From IMG/VR virus record IMGVR_UViG_3300025424_000012, positions 1 through 56,242 of that record: a DNA stretch of 56,242 nt. The stretch is one strand, 5' to 3'. The notes under the pieces are model-generated. The model did not search any database, was not told where the DNA came from, and saw nothing but the letters and a program-made list of their open reading frames with translations. Positions 16,827-26,072 of this stretch are shown piece by piece (the stretch's first letter is position 1; each line of letters opens with the position of its first letter). The position numbers and the translations under genes are program-made. The DNA is from a virus. Taxonomy: Duplodnaviria > Caudoviricetes.

Positions 16827-17158
16827 ACGCCCTCCACATGCTGAGTAGTAGCCCGACCAAAGCACTCCACCTCGGCCCTGCGCTGAATCGTGGTTTCACG
16901 ATATTGAGCAAAGATGCGCCCGACCTTGTGAACATCGCCACGTTGCAGGGCTTGGAGAATTGCCGCGCCGTACTCGCTGGAACATTCCGCGAGGTCGTCA
17001 GCGTCAAACCCTGCGGCTGCGCGGACTTTGGCCGTGTCCCATTCAGTCTCTAAAACCTCGACGCCGTAGAACTTGTCCAGTTCGGCATCGGTAACAGGAC
17101 GGTCCCAAGAGCTTGCAAACACTGCTGCGTCTGCGCGTTGGACTGTGGTTAGTTGCAT
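16823..17158 (-). CDS. Hypothetical protein (first gene of leftward operon)
   Basis: GGAGAG RBS; stop overlaps the next start. Confidence 0.7.
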   Translation of the reverse strand: MQLTTVQRADAAVFASSWDRPVTDAELDKFYGVEVLETEWDTAKVRAAAGFDADDLAECSSEYGAAILQALQRGDVHKVGRIFAQYRETTIQRRAEVECFGRATTQHVEGV

Positions 17159-17290
17159 GTGTTGCTCTCCGGTTAGTTAATCGCCCACTCACTGCGGAAC
17201 ACTGTTCCTAAAGCGCCCTCTGCGTCCTGTCGGGCTTACTGGCTTCGTATCGCTTGCCAGCTCTTGTCGTTTTGTGATGCGATGGGATAG

Positions 17291-17332
17291 ACTCTAAGGC
17301 ATATTTGCCTGTATGTCAAGGCATAGATGCCT
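17291..17332 (-). promoter_or_regulatory. PL-like promoter with two operators
   Basis: TTGACA(17319-17314)-17 bp-TAGAGT(17296-17291); AGGCA-N4-TGCCT palindromes at 17297-17310 and 17319-17332. Confidence 0.85.
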
Positions 17333-17372
17333 ACAAAATGGCAAATTTTTTTGAGTGGGGGTTGACCCCTGC

Positions 17373-17678
17373 TCAGTTTTTGGCTTCTTTTAGCAACTGC
17401 TGTAGCCGTGCGTACAGGTCGCGTTCGGGTGCGCTCTGCTGGATGACCGGAGGGTTTGAAGGGTCAAGGCCAGGAATCAAAATCTGCCACGCGTTTAACC
17501 CAAAAGCATGCGCCAGCGCGTCGATTTGCTTGAGCGTCGGGCTGTTGGATATGTTCAATATCCGGCCCACACTTTTCTGGTCAATCTTGGCGGCTTTGCC
17601 CACGGCAGCTTGCGTGCCTAGCCCCGCGTTGTTGCGCATCAGGTTACGCAGGTTCTCTGACAGCACTTTGTGGACCAT
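17373..17678 (-). CDS. CI-like XRE-HTH repressor (no S24 peptidase domain)
   Basis: L.ENLRNLM...TQAAVGKAAKIDQKSVGRIL...PTL..I..LA.AF; lies between operator pairs, divergent from cro. Confidence 0.85.
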   Translation of the reverse strand: MVHKVLSENLRNLMRNNAGLGTQAAVGKAAKIDQKSVGRILNISNSPTLKQIDALAHAFGLNAWQILIPGLDPSNPPVIQQSAPERDLYARLQQLLKEAKN

Positions 17679-17701
17679 GCTCAATTGTTTTCCAGAACCC
17701 T

Positions 17702-17743
17702 AGGCATTTGTGCCTTGACAATGAGGCAAATCTGCCTTAGAGT
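17702..17743 (+). promoter_or_regulatory. PR-like promoter with two operators
   Basis: TTGACA(17715-17720)-17 bp-TAGAGT(17738-17743); AGGCA-N4-TGCCT at 17702-17715 and 17724-17737. Confidence 0.85.
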
Positions 17744-17749
17744 TTGGGT

Positions 17750-17950
17750 ATGGAACAAATCAACATGCTCGATTTGGTGGTCGCAGAGCTTGAGGCCAGG
17801 GTCGGCGATTTGCGCAAAGTCGCAACTGATACAGGCATCCCCTACGACACCATCCTTCGCGTAAAGAACCGCGAAAACGACCCGGCATTTAGTCGCGTTG
17901 CCACTCTCTATGAGTACCTCTTTCCGGTCAACGCCACTGACGCCGCTTGA
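17750..17950 (+). CDS. Cro-like HTH regulator
   Basis: LRKVATDTGIPYDTILRV...DP...V..L..Y HTH; first gene after PR. Confidence 0.85.
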   Translation: MEQINMLDLVVAELEARVGDLRKVATDTGIPYDTILRVKNRENDPAFSRVATLYEYLFPVNATDAA

Positions 17951-18249
17951 GCCATGCCTCCTGTCACACCACGCCCAAATACCCAGCGCGCAGGTTCCCG
18001 GCCTGCATCCGCACCCCTTGTCTCCCCAATGCCTACATACCCCAGGTTCCTCCTCCCTGAACTGGGTGGCATTGGTTTCCCCGCTGGCCTTCGGGCTGGT
18101 GGGGCTTTCTATTCCGCGCATCCAGTCGGGGAGCGCATCGGCAACGTGAGTCCATGGGTTTGTTTTCATGGACTGAATGCTCCTTTTTTTGTCCAGAAAA
18201 AGCATTGCGAACCGTTGCGAAAGATTCGCAATGGTCAGGAAGGTAGCCC

Positions 18250-18624
18250 ATGGATTCGCTGAATCAAGCCCTCATTGACTGCGTACGCGCTGCGGGCGGC
18301 TCGAAGGTCGTCGGGCCTGCACTGTGGCCCGAAAAGATGGCAGACGCAGCCCAGCGCCTATTGCTTGACTGCCTGAATGAAGACAGACCGGCGCACCTCA
18401 CGCCCGAGCAGATGGCTTTTGTGTTCTCCATGGCAAAGCAGCGCGGCTTTCATGGCGGCATTGGGTATCTGCTGTCTTCGCTGGGCTATGCGCCAACGGT
18501 GCCGCTTGAGCCCAAGGACGAGGCCGGCGAACTAATGCGGCAAGTGATTGAGGGCCAGCGATCACTGTCAGAAAAGATTGACCGGCTGAACAAGCTGCAA
18601 CCGAGTTTGAGGGCTGTTGCATAG
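18250..18624 (+). CDS. CII-like regulator
   Basis: AAGGSKVVG..LWPEK...L.DCLN.DR...L.PEQ; located after cro. Confidence 0.75.
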   Translation: MDSLNQALIDCVRAAGGSKVVGPALWPEKMADAAQRLLLDCLNEDRPAHLTPEQMAFVFSMAKQRGFHGGIGYLLSSLGYAPTVPLEPKDEAGELMRQVIEGQRSLSEKIDRLNKLQPSLRAVA

Positions 18625-18697
18625 CCCACAAAGCGAAAACCCCGCAGGACAAGTGCGGGGCTTCTAAACATCAACCAACTTAAACAGGAAATTGGAA

Positions 18698-21358
18698 ATG
18701 TCTGGCTCAAGTTTAGACGATTACGAGAAATTTCTCAAGGCCAAGGTCAAGATGGCCGATACCTTGGGATTTGAGATTGAGGATTTGGACGTGAATCCGC
18801 TTCTCAAGCCACACCAGCGGGCAATGGTCCGCTGGATGGTCCGCATGGGCCGCGCGGCATGCTTTGCGGCTTTCGGCCTGGGCAAGTCGGTAATCCAGCT
18901 GGAGACGGTGCGGATCATCTTGGCCAAGGTCGGAGGCCGGGCCATTATCGTGGCACCGCTTTCCGTGCGGCATGAGTTTGCCCGCGATGCCGCCATGCTG
19001 GGCATCAAGACCAAGTTCATCCGCCGCATCGAAGAGTGCGAGCCCGGCATTGATGTCTACCTCACCAACTACGAGAGCGTGAGAGACGGAAAGTTAGACC
19101 CGCGGCAATTCAACGTAGCCAGCCTTGACGAGGCTTCATGCCTGCGGGGATTTGGGGGCACCAAGACATTTCGTGAATTCATGGCCGTGTTTGCTGGCGA
19201 CCGCAAAACCATGAATGACCGCATCTACACCGATGGCGTGAAGTATCGGTTTGTCGCCACGGCAACACCGAGCCCGAACGAATACATCGAATTGCTGGCC
19301 TATTCGGCATTCCTGGGCGTCATGGATGTTGGCCAGGCAAAGACACGCTTTTTCAAGCGCGATTCCACCAAGGCCGACACACTGACCATTCACCCGCACA
19401 AGATTAAAGAATTTTGGATGTGGGTTGCGTCCTGGGGCTTGTTTGTGCAGAGGCCCTCTGATCTGGGGTTTTCAGACGAAGGCTATGCACTGCCCGAAAT
19501 GGATATTCGCTGGCACGAAATACCAGGTGACCATGCCGACGCCGGTACCGACTTTCGGGGTCAACATCTTCTCATCAAAGAACAGGCTGTTGGCCTGTCG
19601 GAAGTCGCCAAGGAAAAGCGCGAAAGCTTGCCGCAGCGGATTGCGAAGCTGCTGGAAATTCGCGCCGAGGATCCTCTGTCGTCTCGCATTATTTGGCACG
19701 ACCTTGAAGCCGAGCGCTACGCCATTGAAAAGGCCATTCCCACGGTCATGAGCGTTTATGGCTCTCAAGACGAAGACTTGAAGGCGGACCGAATCATTGG
19801 GTTTTCTGATGGCGAGTTTCAAGAGCTTGCCGGCAAGCCTTCCATGCTGGGCTCAGGGTGCAATTTTCAGCGGCATTGCTCATGGGCTGTATTCCTGGGA
19901 ATCGGCTTCAAGTTCAACGACTTTATCCAAGCCGTTCACCGCATCTACCGATTCCTGCAGACCAATCAAGTCCGCATTGATTTGATCTACACGGAGCAGG
20001 AGCGCGAGGTGCGCCGCATCCTCGAAACCAAGTGGGAACAACACAAAACGACGGTAGACGAAATGACAAAAATCATTAAAGAGTTTGGCCTGAGCAATGC
20101 CGCCATGGAAGAGTCGCTGCAGCGTGCCATGGGCGTCGAGCGGATCGAGGTTGCCGGCAACAGTTTCCGGGTTGCGCATAACGACTGCATCAAGGAAACA
20201 CGCCTGATGGAAGAGAGCAGCGTGGACATGATCCTGACCAGCGTTCCGTTTTCAACGCAGTACGAATATTCGCCGAACTACGCGGACCTGGGCCACACCG
20301 ACAACAACGCTCACTTTTTCGAGCAAATGGATTTCCTGACGCCCGAACTGATGCGGGTATTGAAGCCTGGCCGCGTGGCCGCTATCCACGTCAAGGACCG
20401 GATCGTGCCCGGTGGCCTGACGGGCCTTGGCTACCAGACTGTCTACCCGTTCCACATGAAATGCACGGAGCATTACACCCGGCACGGCTTTGGCTACATG
20501 GGAATGATTACCGTGGTCACAGACGTGGTGCGCGAGAACAACCAGACCTATCGGCTTGGCTGGACCGAGGTATGCAAGGACGGCTCAAAAATCAGCGTTG
20601 GCATGCCTGAGTACATCTTGCTGTTCCGCAAGGCTCCCACAGACACCTCGAATGCCTATGCCGATGAGCCGGTCACGAAAAGCAAGCCCGACTGTCTGGA
20701 CGAGCATGGCAACGTGGTCCCGTTCAAGCGCGGGGAAAAGGAGATTCCCGGTACCGGCTACAGCCGCGCACGCTGGCAGACAGACGCGCACGGATTTTGG
20801 CGCAGCAACGGCAACCGTTACCTGACGCCTGACGAGCTCGAAACGCTCAGCCATGCGCAGATATTTCGCTGGTTCCGCGACTTCCACATTCACAACATCT
20901 ATGACTATGAACACCACGTCAAGATTGCCGAGACGCTGACCCAACAAGGCAGGCTGCCCAGCGGTTTCATGCTTTTGCAGCCGCCTTCCCATATTCCTGA
21001 CGTGTGGACAGACGTGGCGCGCATGCGGACGCTGAACATGCTCCAGCAGCGCAAAGGGCAGGAGCAGCATCTTTGCCCGATGCAATGGGATATTGCCGAC
21101 CGCCTGATTGAGCGATTTACCAACAAGGGTGAAACGGTATACGACCCATTTGGCGGGATCATGACGGTGCCCTATCGGGCCATTCTCAAGGGTCGAAAAG
21201 GTGTGGCGGCCGAGTTGTCGCCACGGTACTTTTTTGATGGCGTTCACTACCTGCAGGCCGCAGAGCGCGAGCTTGAAATGCCGTCACTGTTTGACACGCT
21301 GCCCGTACCGGAAGAGGCGCAGGAAAGCGATTTGCCGCAAGAACTGGAGGCCGCATGA
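18698..21358 (+). CDS. SF2/SNF2-like helicase fused to an N6A/N4C DNA methyltransferase
   Basis: GLGKS, DEAS, TATPSPN, QAVHRIYRF; then TSVPF, RVLKPG, HLCPMQ, VYDPFGG. Confidence 0.9.
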   Translation: MSGSSLDDYEKFLKAKVKMADTLGFEIEDLDVNPLLKPHQRAMVRWMVRMGRAACFAAFGLGKSVIQLETVRIILAKVGGRAIIVAPLSVRHEFARDAAMLGIKTKFIRRIEECEPGIDVYLTNYESVRDGKLDPRQFNVASLDEASCLRGFGGTKTFREFMAVFAGDRKTMNDRIYTDGVKYRFVATATPSPNEYIELLAYSAFLGVMDVGQAKTRFFKRDSTKADTLTIHPHKIKEFWMWVASWGLFVQRPSDLGFSDEGYALPEMDIRWHEIPGDHADAGTDFRGQHLLIKEQAVGLSEVAKEKRESLPQRIAKLLEIRAEDPLSSRIIWHDLEAERYAIEKAIPTVMSVYGSQDEDLKADRIIGFSDGEFQELAGKPSMLGSGCNFQRHCSWAVFLGIGFKFNDFIQAVHRIYRFLQTNQVRIDLIYTEQEREVRRILETKWEQHKTTVDEMTKIIKEFGLSNAAMEESLQRAMGVERIEVAGNSFRVAHNDCIKETRLMEESSVDMILTSVPFSTQYEYSPNYADLGHTDNNAHFFEQMDFLTPELMRVLKPGRVAAIHVKDRIVPGGLTGLGYQTVYPFHMKCTEHYTRHGFGYMGMITVVTDVVRENNQTYRLGWTEVCKDGSKISVGMPEYILLFRKAPTDTSNAYADEPVTKSKPDCLDEHGNVVPFKRGEKEIPGTGYSRARWQTDAHGFWRSNGNRYLTPDELETLSHAQIFRWFRDFHIHNIYDYEHHVKIAETLTQQGRLPSGFMLLQPPSHIPDVWTDVARMRTLNMLQQRKGQEQHLCPMQWDIADRLIERFTNKGETVYDPFGGIMTVPYRAILKGRKGVAAELSPRYFFDGVHYLQAAERELEMPSLFDTLPVPEEAQESDLPQELEAA

Positions 21359-21645
21359 CCCGCTGCTACATCGCCGGCCCGATGACCGGAAAACCCGACC
21401 TGAATTTTCCGGCATTTGAAGCCGCCGCGCGCCATCTGCGGCGCAATGGCCATGACGTGGTGAATCCGGCAGAAATCAACCCGGACCACAAGATGCCCTG
21501 GGCCGAGTGCATGCGCCGCGACATTGCCGCCTTGGTCACTTGTGAGGCCATCTACCTTCTTCCCGGCTGGCGTGAAAGCAAGGGCGCGACCCTTGAGCAC
21601 CACATTGCCGAGCGACTTGGACTACGAATTCTGGAGGCCGCATGA
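21355..21645 (+). CDS. DUF4406 family (deoxyribosyltransferase-like fold)
   Basis: YIAGPMTG..DLNFPAF, VNPAE, LPGW..SKGA.LE. Confidence 0.9.
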   Translation: MTRCYIAGPMTGKPDLNFPAFEAAARHLRRNGHDVVNPAEINPDHKMPWAECMRRDIAALVTCEAIYLLPGWRESKGATLEHHIAERLGLRILEAA

Positions 21646-21932
21646 AAACTGCCGTCACGCAAACCAGCCTGCACAGCTACGACGCCCTGAAAGCATCCGG
21701 TTTCAAGGGCCAACATGCCGCGATCTGCTCACGCATGGAGCGCGGCAAGGTTTACAGCCGGCGCCAGGTCGCCAAGGTCTGCGGCCTCGAAACCTCGACC
21801 GTTGCCGCACGAGTCAACGACCTGGTGAAGTTTGGCCAGGTAGTCGAGGTCGGGACCATCAAATGCCCGATCACCGGTAAACACGTCGGGGCCATCAAGC
21901 TCGCTGACGCCCAAGGGGAGCTGCTGCAATGA
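21642..21932 (+). CDS. Winged-helix DNA-binding protein
   Basis: SRRQVA...GLETSTVAARVNDL...CPITG. Confidence 0.7.
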   Translation: MKTAVTQTSLHSYDALKASGFKGQHAAICSRMERGKVYSRRQVAKVCGLETSTVAARVNDLVKFGQVVEVGTIKCPITGKHVGAIKLADAQGELLQ

Positions 21933-22486
21933 GAAAACCATACGCCACACAGCCGGGCACGATCCCGCATCGCGCGGTCGAAGCGCTTAAGGCGCTGGGC
22001 CCGGGCGCCGAATTGAGCAATGCCGAGCTGGCCGATCAGCTCGACGTCAACCCTTTCTCGCTGATTCCATGCTTGGCTATTCCGCGAAAGCGCGGAGCGT
22101 TGAAAGCACGTCGAGACGAGACCCGCCACGGCTGGCCCGTCATGTGGAGCATTGGCAATGGCATTCCTGAGCCCGTTGCGCAGGATCCAGAAGATGGTGC
22201 GGCAGAGGACGATCCGCCCAAGCCCAAGATCGTGGCCAGCGACGTCGCGCAGCGCGTCCAGACATCCGCTTTTCCCGGCCTGACTGCAGCGACAGTCAAT
22301 ATTCCCGAGTCTATTGCTACAAATAACGTAGCTATCGAAGTCCAAAAGACAAGGGCTCCCGGATATTTTTACTGCGGCCTCGACCTGCAGGGCAATCTGA
22401 TCATCACCGACGGCGAAGAGGAAATCCGCTTCAGCGCCGTCAAGGCCGAACTCATTGGCCGTGTGCTGGGAGCGCCCAGGGGATGA
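21929..22486 (+). CDS. Hypothetical protein with N-terminal wHTH-like segment
   Basis: Coupled ORF; LSNAELADQLDV. Confidence 0.65.
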   Translation: MRKPYATQPGTIPHRAVEALKALGPGAELSNAELADQLDVNPFSLIPCLAIPRKRGALKARRDETRHGWPVMWSIGNGIPEPVAQDPEDGAAEDDPPKPKIVASDVAQRVQTSAFPGLTAATVNIPESIATNNVAIEVQKTRAPGYFYCGLDLQGNLIITDGEEEIRFSAVKAELIGRVLGAPRG

Positions 22487-23367
22487 ATCCTGCAGCACCC
22501 TACCCAGCAGATGCGCGCGCCAAGGGCTGGCGGTTTGAGCTTGACTACGAGCGCATTGGGCAATCTGGCACATGGGCGCTGGCCGCCCAGCCCGGAAAGG
22601 AATCGTGCCGCCCGCTATTGCTCATGCAGTGGCTGGTGGCTTGGACGCAAGAGCCCTGCGGGACGCTACCGAACGACGAAGAGGTCATTTCTGCCCTGAT
22701 CGGCGTGGGGCCGAAGGTGTGGGCCAAGCATCGCGCCATTCTGATGCGCGGCTGGTGGCTTGCTGACGATGGCCTGTTGTATCACCCAACCATCACCAAG
22801 CGGGTGCTTGAAATGCTTGAGTATCGACGCAAGACCGCAGAGCGAGTGGCGAAGCACAAAGCAGAGAAGCGAGAGCAACAGATCGGTAACGTGTTACCAA
22901 CAGTACCGATAACAGTTAAGAACGACACCGGAACCGGAACCGGAACCAGTATTTCTAAAGAAGAGAGAGAGTGGGTTAACTCAGCGTCGGCCCGCGCTTT
23001 GTCGAAACAGGCAGCCGAAGCCATGGCCAAGGCCGGGAACGTCGAGGCTGTCGCCACCAATCCCCAGCTGCTCCACCTACTTTTTTTGGGAATGACGGTT
23101 GGGGAATTGGAGACCGCTGCCGCCGAATCGCGGGGCAAGTCAAATGCCTTCACCTACGCGATGGCCAGGGCTATCGGCAAGCGCGAGGATGCGGCGCGGA
23201 TTGGTACTCTGCCGCCTCTCAAAACCGCCAGCGCTGACCCCGATTCCCGGTCCGCTGTCGAGGCCGAAGCCAAGGCCAAAGGCATCAAGCCGTGGGACGA
23301 AATCAGCGAGCAATGGCCGGCATACAAGGCCCGGGTGCGTGCCGCCAAAGCGATGGAGGCCGCATGA
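22483..23367 (+). CDS. Replication initiator-like protein (DUF1376/YdaU-like)
   Basis: AW.Q.PCGTLPNDE, DGLLYHP, TGTGTG linker; lambda O position. Confidence 0.75.
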   Translation: MNPAAPYPADARAKGWRFELDYERIGQSGTWALAAQPGKESCRPLLLMQWLVAWTQEPCGTLPNDEEVISALIGVGPKVWAKHRAILMRGWWLADDGLLYHPTITKRVLEMLEYRRKTAERVAKHKAEKREQQIGNVLPTVPITVKNDTGTGTGTSISKEEREWVNSASARALSKQAAEAMAKAGNVEAVATNPQLLHLLFLGMTVGELETAAAESRGKSNAFTYAMARAIGKREDAARIGTLPPLKTASADPDSRSAVEAEAKAKGIKPWDEISEQWPAYKARVRAAKAMEAA

Positions 23368-23852
23368 TTCCGCTTCCCGACATTTCGGCAGACTGGCTTC
23401 TCGGCCGGGTGCGCGACAACGGCGAAGGTTGCTTGGTGTGGGTGGGTTACAGCCAAAATGGCGATCCGAAAGCGAACTTTGGCCCCGGGCCTGTGAACGT
23501 CCGCCGAGCGATCTGGAAGGCCATGACGGGCGCCGATCCGAGGCCCGGGTACATCGTCAGGTGTTGCTGTGAAACCTTCAACTGCGTCGAGCCGGCGCAC
23601 GTCGTCCAGCTGCCGGCCAGCTATCGGAACAAAGGCCGCAAGCAAACCATTCAACAAAGAGCTGCCACAGCTGCGGCGCTTCGTGCCAAGTCGAAAATCA
23701 AGGACGAAATCGAGGCCATCCGGTCATTGGAACGAACCCAGCGGCAAGAGGCCGAGCGGCTTGGGATTTCTCAAGCCATGGTGAGCCGGATCCGCTTGGG
23801 CAAAAACTGGGCCCCGATGACGACTCCCTTTTCCGGACTGGGGGCGCGGTGA
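23364..23852 (+). CDS. Degenerate HNH-like protein with C-terminal HTH
   Basis: CLVWVG, VRRAIW, C...NCVEPAH; AERLGISQAMVSRIR. Confidence 0.7.
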   Translation: MIPLPDISADWLLGRVRDNGEGCLVWVGYSQNGDPKANFGPGPVNVRRAIWKAMTGADPRPGYIVRCCCETFNCVEPAHVVQLPASYRNKGRKQTIQQRAATAAALRAKSKIKDEIEAIRSLERTQRQEAERLGISQAMVSRIRLGKNWAPMTTPFSGLGAR

Positions 23853-23928
23853 GCCAAGCCATGGACCGGGTGCAGGCCGGCATAGAAGCCTCTGCCGCTC
23901 GCCATCTTAGGGAAATGCGGAGGGGTGC

Positions 23929-24366
23929 ATGATCGTCGAATCAATCCTGAAAGTGAAGCGCCCGATTGCCCCGAACTGGCAACGCGCTGCATGGTGGCAA
24001 TGCCCGCCGCAATTGGCCGCGCTGGGTTATCCGGTTGAAGCGTGGGAGCATCGCAAATCGGGGCTATTTGTTCTGTCCGCGATTGAGGTTGCCCGCGACC
24101 GGGGCCAGCCTGACCTTGGTCCCGAGTATCACCTGAGCGTAAGCCTGAGCGGCCAACGATGCTCATTGGCTGATGCGCTATTTGCGCTCGCCGCTTTTGG
24201 GCTGGAGGATGCCAAAGAGGACAACCATGTTCCCAATGGCCGCGTTCGCAATTTCTGGCGTCCGGTTGCCGACCATTTGAGCGGCTACGAATGCCCATGC
24301 GTCGATGATGAGCCGGCGATTCGTGAAGACAAGGGTGATTTTGTTTGGCGGGGGCTTACGTCATGA
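23929..24366 (+). CDS. Hypothetical phage protein
   Basis: GGAGGG RBS; EYHLSVS motif. Confidence 0.7.
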   Translation: MIVESILKVKRPIAPNWQRAAWWQCPPQLAALGYPVEAWEHRKSGLFVLSAIEVARDRGQPDLGPEYHLSVSLSGQRCSLADALFALAAFGLEDAKEDNHVPNGRVRNFWRPVADHLSGYECPCVDDEPAIREDKGDFVWRGLTS

Positions 24367-24902
24367 CAACCACCAGCCCCATCCTGGTCTGCCCAGTCAT
24401 CCCGCTGCGCCATCTTCCCGACTGCGAGCGCGACGTGATCCGCCGCTTTGTCTCCGAGCATGTCCGGGGCATGGATGCCGCCAATCACCGCCGCTGGATG
24501 CGCCTGTGGGGGCAGATATTCAAAGCAGAGGCCGGCGAAGGTTTCCAGTTCTACCGCCTCGAAGAGCGCAGCGGGCCATTCCACCGGCGCCACCGAGTCA
24601 TTTTGGAGAAGTTGTTTCACGCGCAGGAGCGTTTTAGGCTGTTGGAGCCAATGCACGATTGGATAAAAGTCCGGTGTTATTTCGTCACATGGGGCGAGGG
24701 CTCACGCGGCCAACCCATGCCGGTGCCACGGTCAACCAACTTTGACGAATGCCCGGAGGCGGACATGCGCGAACTGCACACCCGCATGGTTGACTTGCTG
24801 CACGAACCAACGGCGCAGCGCTATCTGTTCCCCAAAGTCAAGGCCAGCCAGCGGCAGGGGATGGTAGATGCCGTCCTGGCGGACGAGCAGGAGGCCGCAT
24901 GA
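24363..24902 (+). CDS. DUF1367/NinB-like protein
   Basis: RSGPFHRR, QERF, PRSTNFD; nin-like region. Confidence 0.65.
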   Translation: MTTTSPILVCPVIPLRHLPDCERDVIRRFVSEHVRGMDAANHRRWMRLWGQIFKAEAGEGFQFYRLEERSGPFHRRHRVILEKLFHAQERFRLLEPMHDWIKVRCYFVTWGEGSRGQPMPVPRSTNFDECPEADMRELHTRMVDLLHEPTAQRYLFPKVKASQRQGMVDAVLADEQEAA

Positions 24903-25069
24903 CCCCAGACACCCCCAATACCCAAGCACCGCCAAAAGAGGCTATTGCCATTGTGATCGACGAAAACGAACTGTACGCGCCGACTACTGGCCCGCAGTCT
25001 GGCACCTGGCTATTTGCGATGCACGTCGAGGTGATTGATTTTTACGCCGAACCCGTCACGGCCCATTGA
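24899..25069 (+). CDS. Small hypothetical protein (56 aa)
   Basis: Starts in a GGAGGCCGCATGA coupling motif. Confidence 0.5.
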   Translation: MTPDTPNTQAPPKEAIAIVIDENELYAPTTGPQSGTWLFAMHVEVIDFYAEPVTAH

Positions 25070-25088
25070 CTGGAAATAGGAGCACACC

Positions 25089-25334
25089 ATGGAACTGAAC
25101 CCGCAACGCGAATTGACCTTTGGCGAAAAAGCTGTAGGTCTGACCTTCAACCCCGGCAACAACCCGGAAGTGGACGCATGCAAGCGCATCTTTGCCGCAG
25201 CCATCGACCAGATGCATGAACTGCGCGGGGCGCTCTCAAGCGGCCCCGGGCAGGCGCGCCACGCCAGCATTGCCATCACCCAGATCGAGGACGCACAGAT
25301 GCGCGCGGTCAAGGCGATTACCTGGAAGGACTAA
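25089..25334 (+). CDS. Acb2/Tad1-like helical hairpin protein (candidate anti-defence sponge)
   Basis: FNP...V...K...A..ID and RHASIAITQIEDAQMRAVKAITW resemble the Acb2/Tad1 C-terminal helix; AGGAG RBS. Confidence 0.65.
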   Translation: MELNPQRELTFGEKAVGLTFNPGNNPEVDACKRIFAAAIDQMHELRGALSSGPGQARHASIAITQIEDAQMRAVKAITWKD

Positions 25335-25337
25335 GCC

Positions 25338-25619
25338 ATGAGCCACCACGGGCAAACACCACCGCACATTCAGCGTCAACTCAGCGATTCCATGCGTCAA
25401 GTCTTTGGCGAATTTCCAAACGGGAAACTCAACGATGACGACGCCGGGGCATTGGCATTCAGCGTCAGCACGGAAGCTGGCCGCGTTGTGGTGCGTTTCC
25501 CCAAGCCTGTCGCATGGATGGGTATGACAGGGGACGAAGCGATGGAACTGGCCCAGTTGCTTTTGAAGCATGCCAGGTCGGCGGGAATCACCAGCCCATT
25601 GATTATTCAACTGGGGTAG
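25338..25619 (+). CDS. Hypothetical phage protein
   Basis: FP.GKLN.DD.G.L...V...F.KPVAW.GM pattern. Confidence 0.75.
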   Translation: MSHHGQTPPHIQRQLSDSMRQVFGEFPNGKLNDDDAGALAFSVSTEAGRVVVRFPKPVAWMGMTGDEAMELAQLLLKHARSAGITSPLIIQLG

Positions 25620-25621
25620 CC

Positions 25622-25816
25622 ATGCTCAAGCGCTCAGGCTTCACCCGTAAGCAGCCCGGCAACAAGCGGCCCAGCGTTATCAAGGAATTGCGCAGCACCA
25701 AGGGATTGAAAGTCAAGCCCATGAGCGACTACCTCGAAGCCGTGATTGCTGAAGCCGTCACCGACTTTGGCGTGATGTTCTCGGTCAGCCGGTGGGAGCA
25801 ATACCGTGCAGAGTAA
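25622..25816 (+). CDS. Small basic hypothetical protein
   Basis: Tightly packed in the operon. Confidence 0.5.
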   Translation: MLKRSGFTRKQPGNKRPSVIKELRSTKGLKVKPMSDYLEAVIAEAVTDFGVMFSVSRWEQYRAE

Positions 25817-26072
25817 AAACAAGCCGGCCATGACCAAGGCAGAGCGCGCCCACGTTGCCCGGCTTGCCCAGATGGAATGCGTGGTGTGCGGCGAGCATGG
25901 GCCCAGCCAGGTGCACGAATTCGAGCAGGGGCAATGGTTTACCAGCGTTCCCCTATGCGCGCCATGTCACACCGGCCCCCAGGGCTGGCACGGCACCCGG
26001 TTTCGCTGGGCCCGGCTCAAGATGGACATGCTCAAGGCGATCAACGAGACGCTGAAAAGGCTGGCGGCGTGA
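25806..26072 (+). CDS. Ref/DUF968-like HNH-type Zn protein
   Basis: AERAH, CVVC, VHE, PLCAPCH, GWHG. Confidence 0.75.
   Translation: MQSKNKPAMTKAERAHVARLAQMECVVCGEHGPSQVHEFEQGQWFTSVPLCAPCHTGPQGWHGTRFRWARLKMDMLKAINETLKRLAA

Noticed and set aside
17681-18262. ORFs between cro and cII (17954-18262 +, 17681-18205 -)
   Set aside because: Pro-rich or overlapping cro and the operators, with no clear RBS or motif; none can be supported
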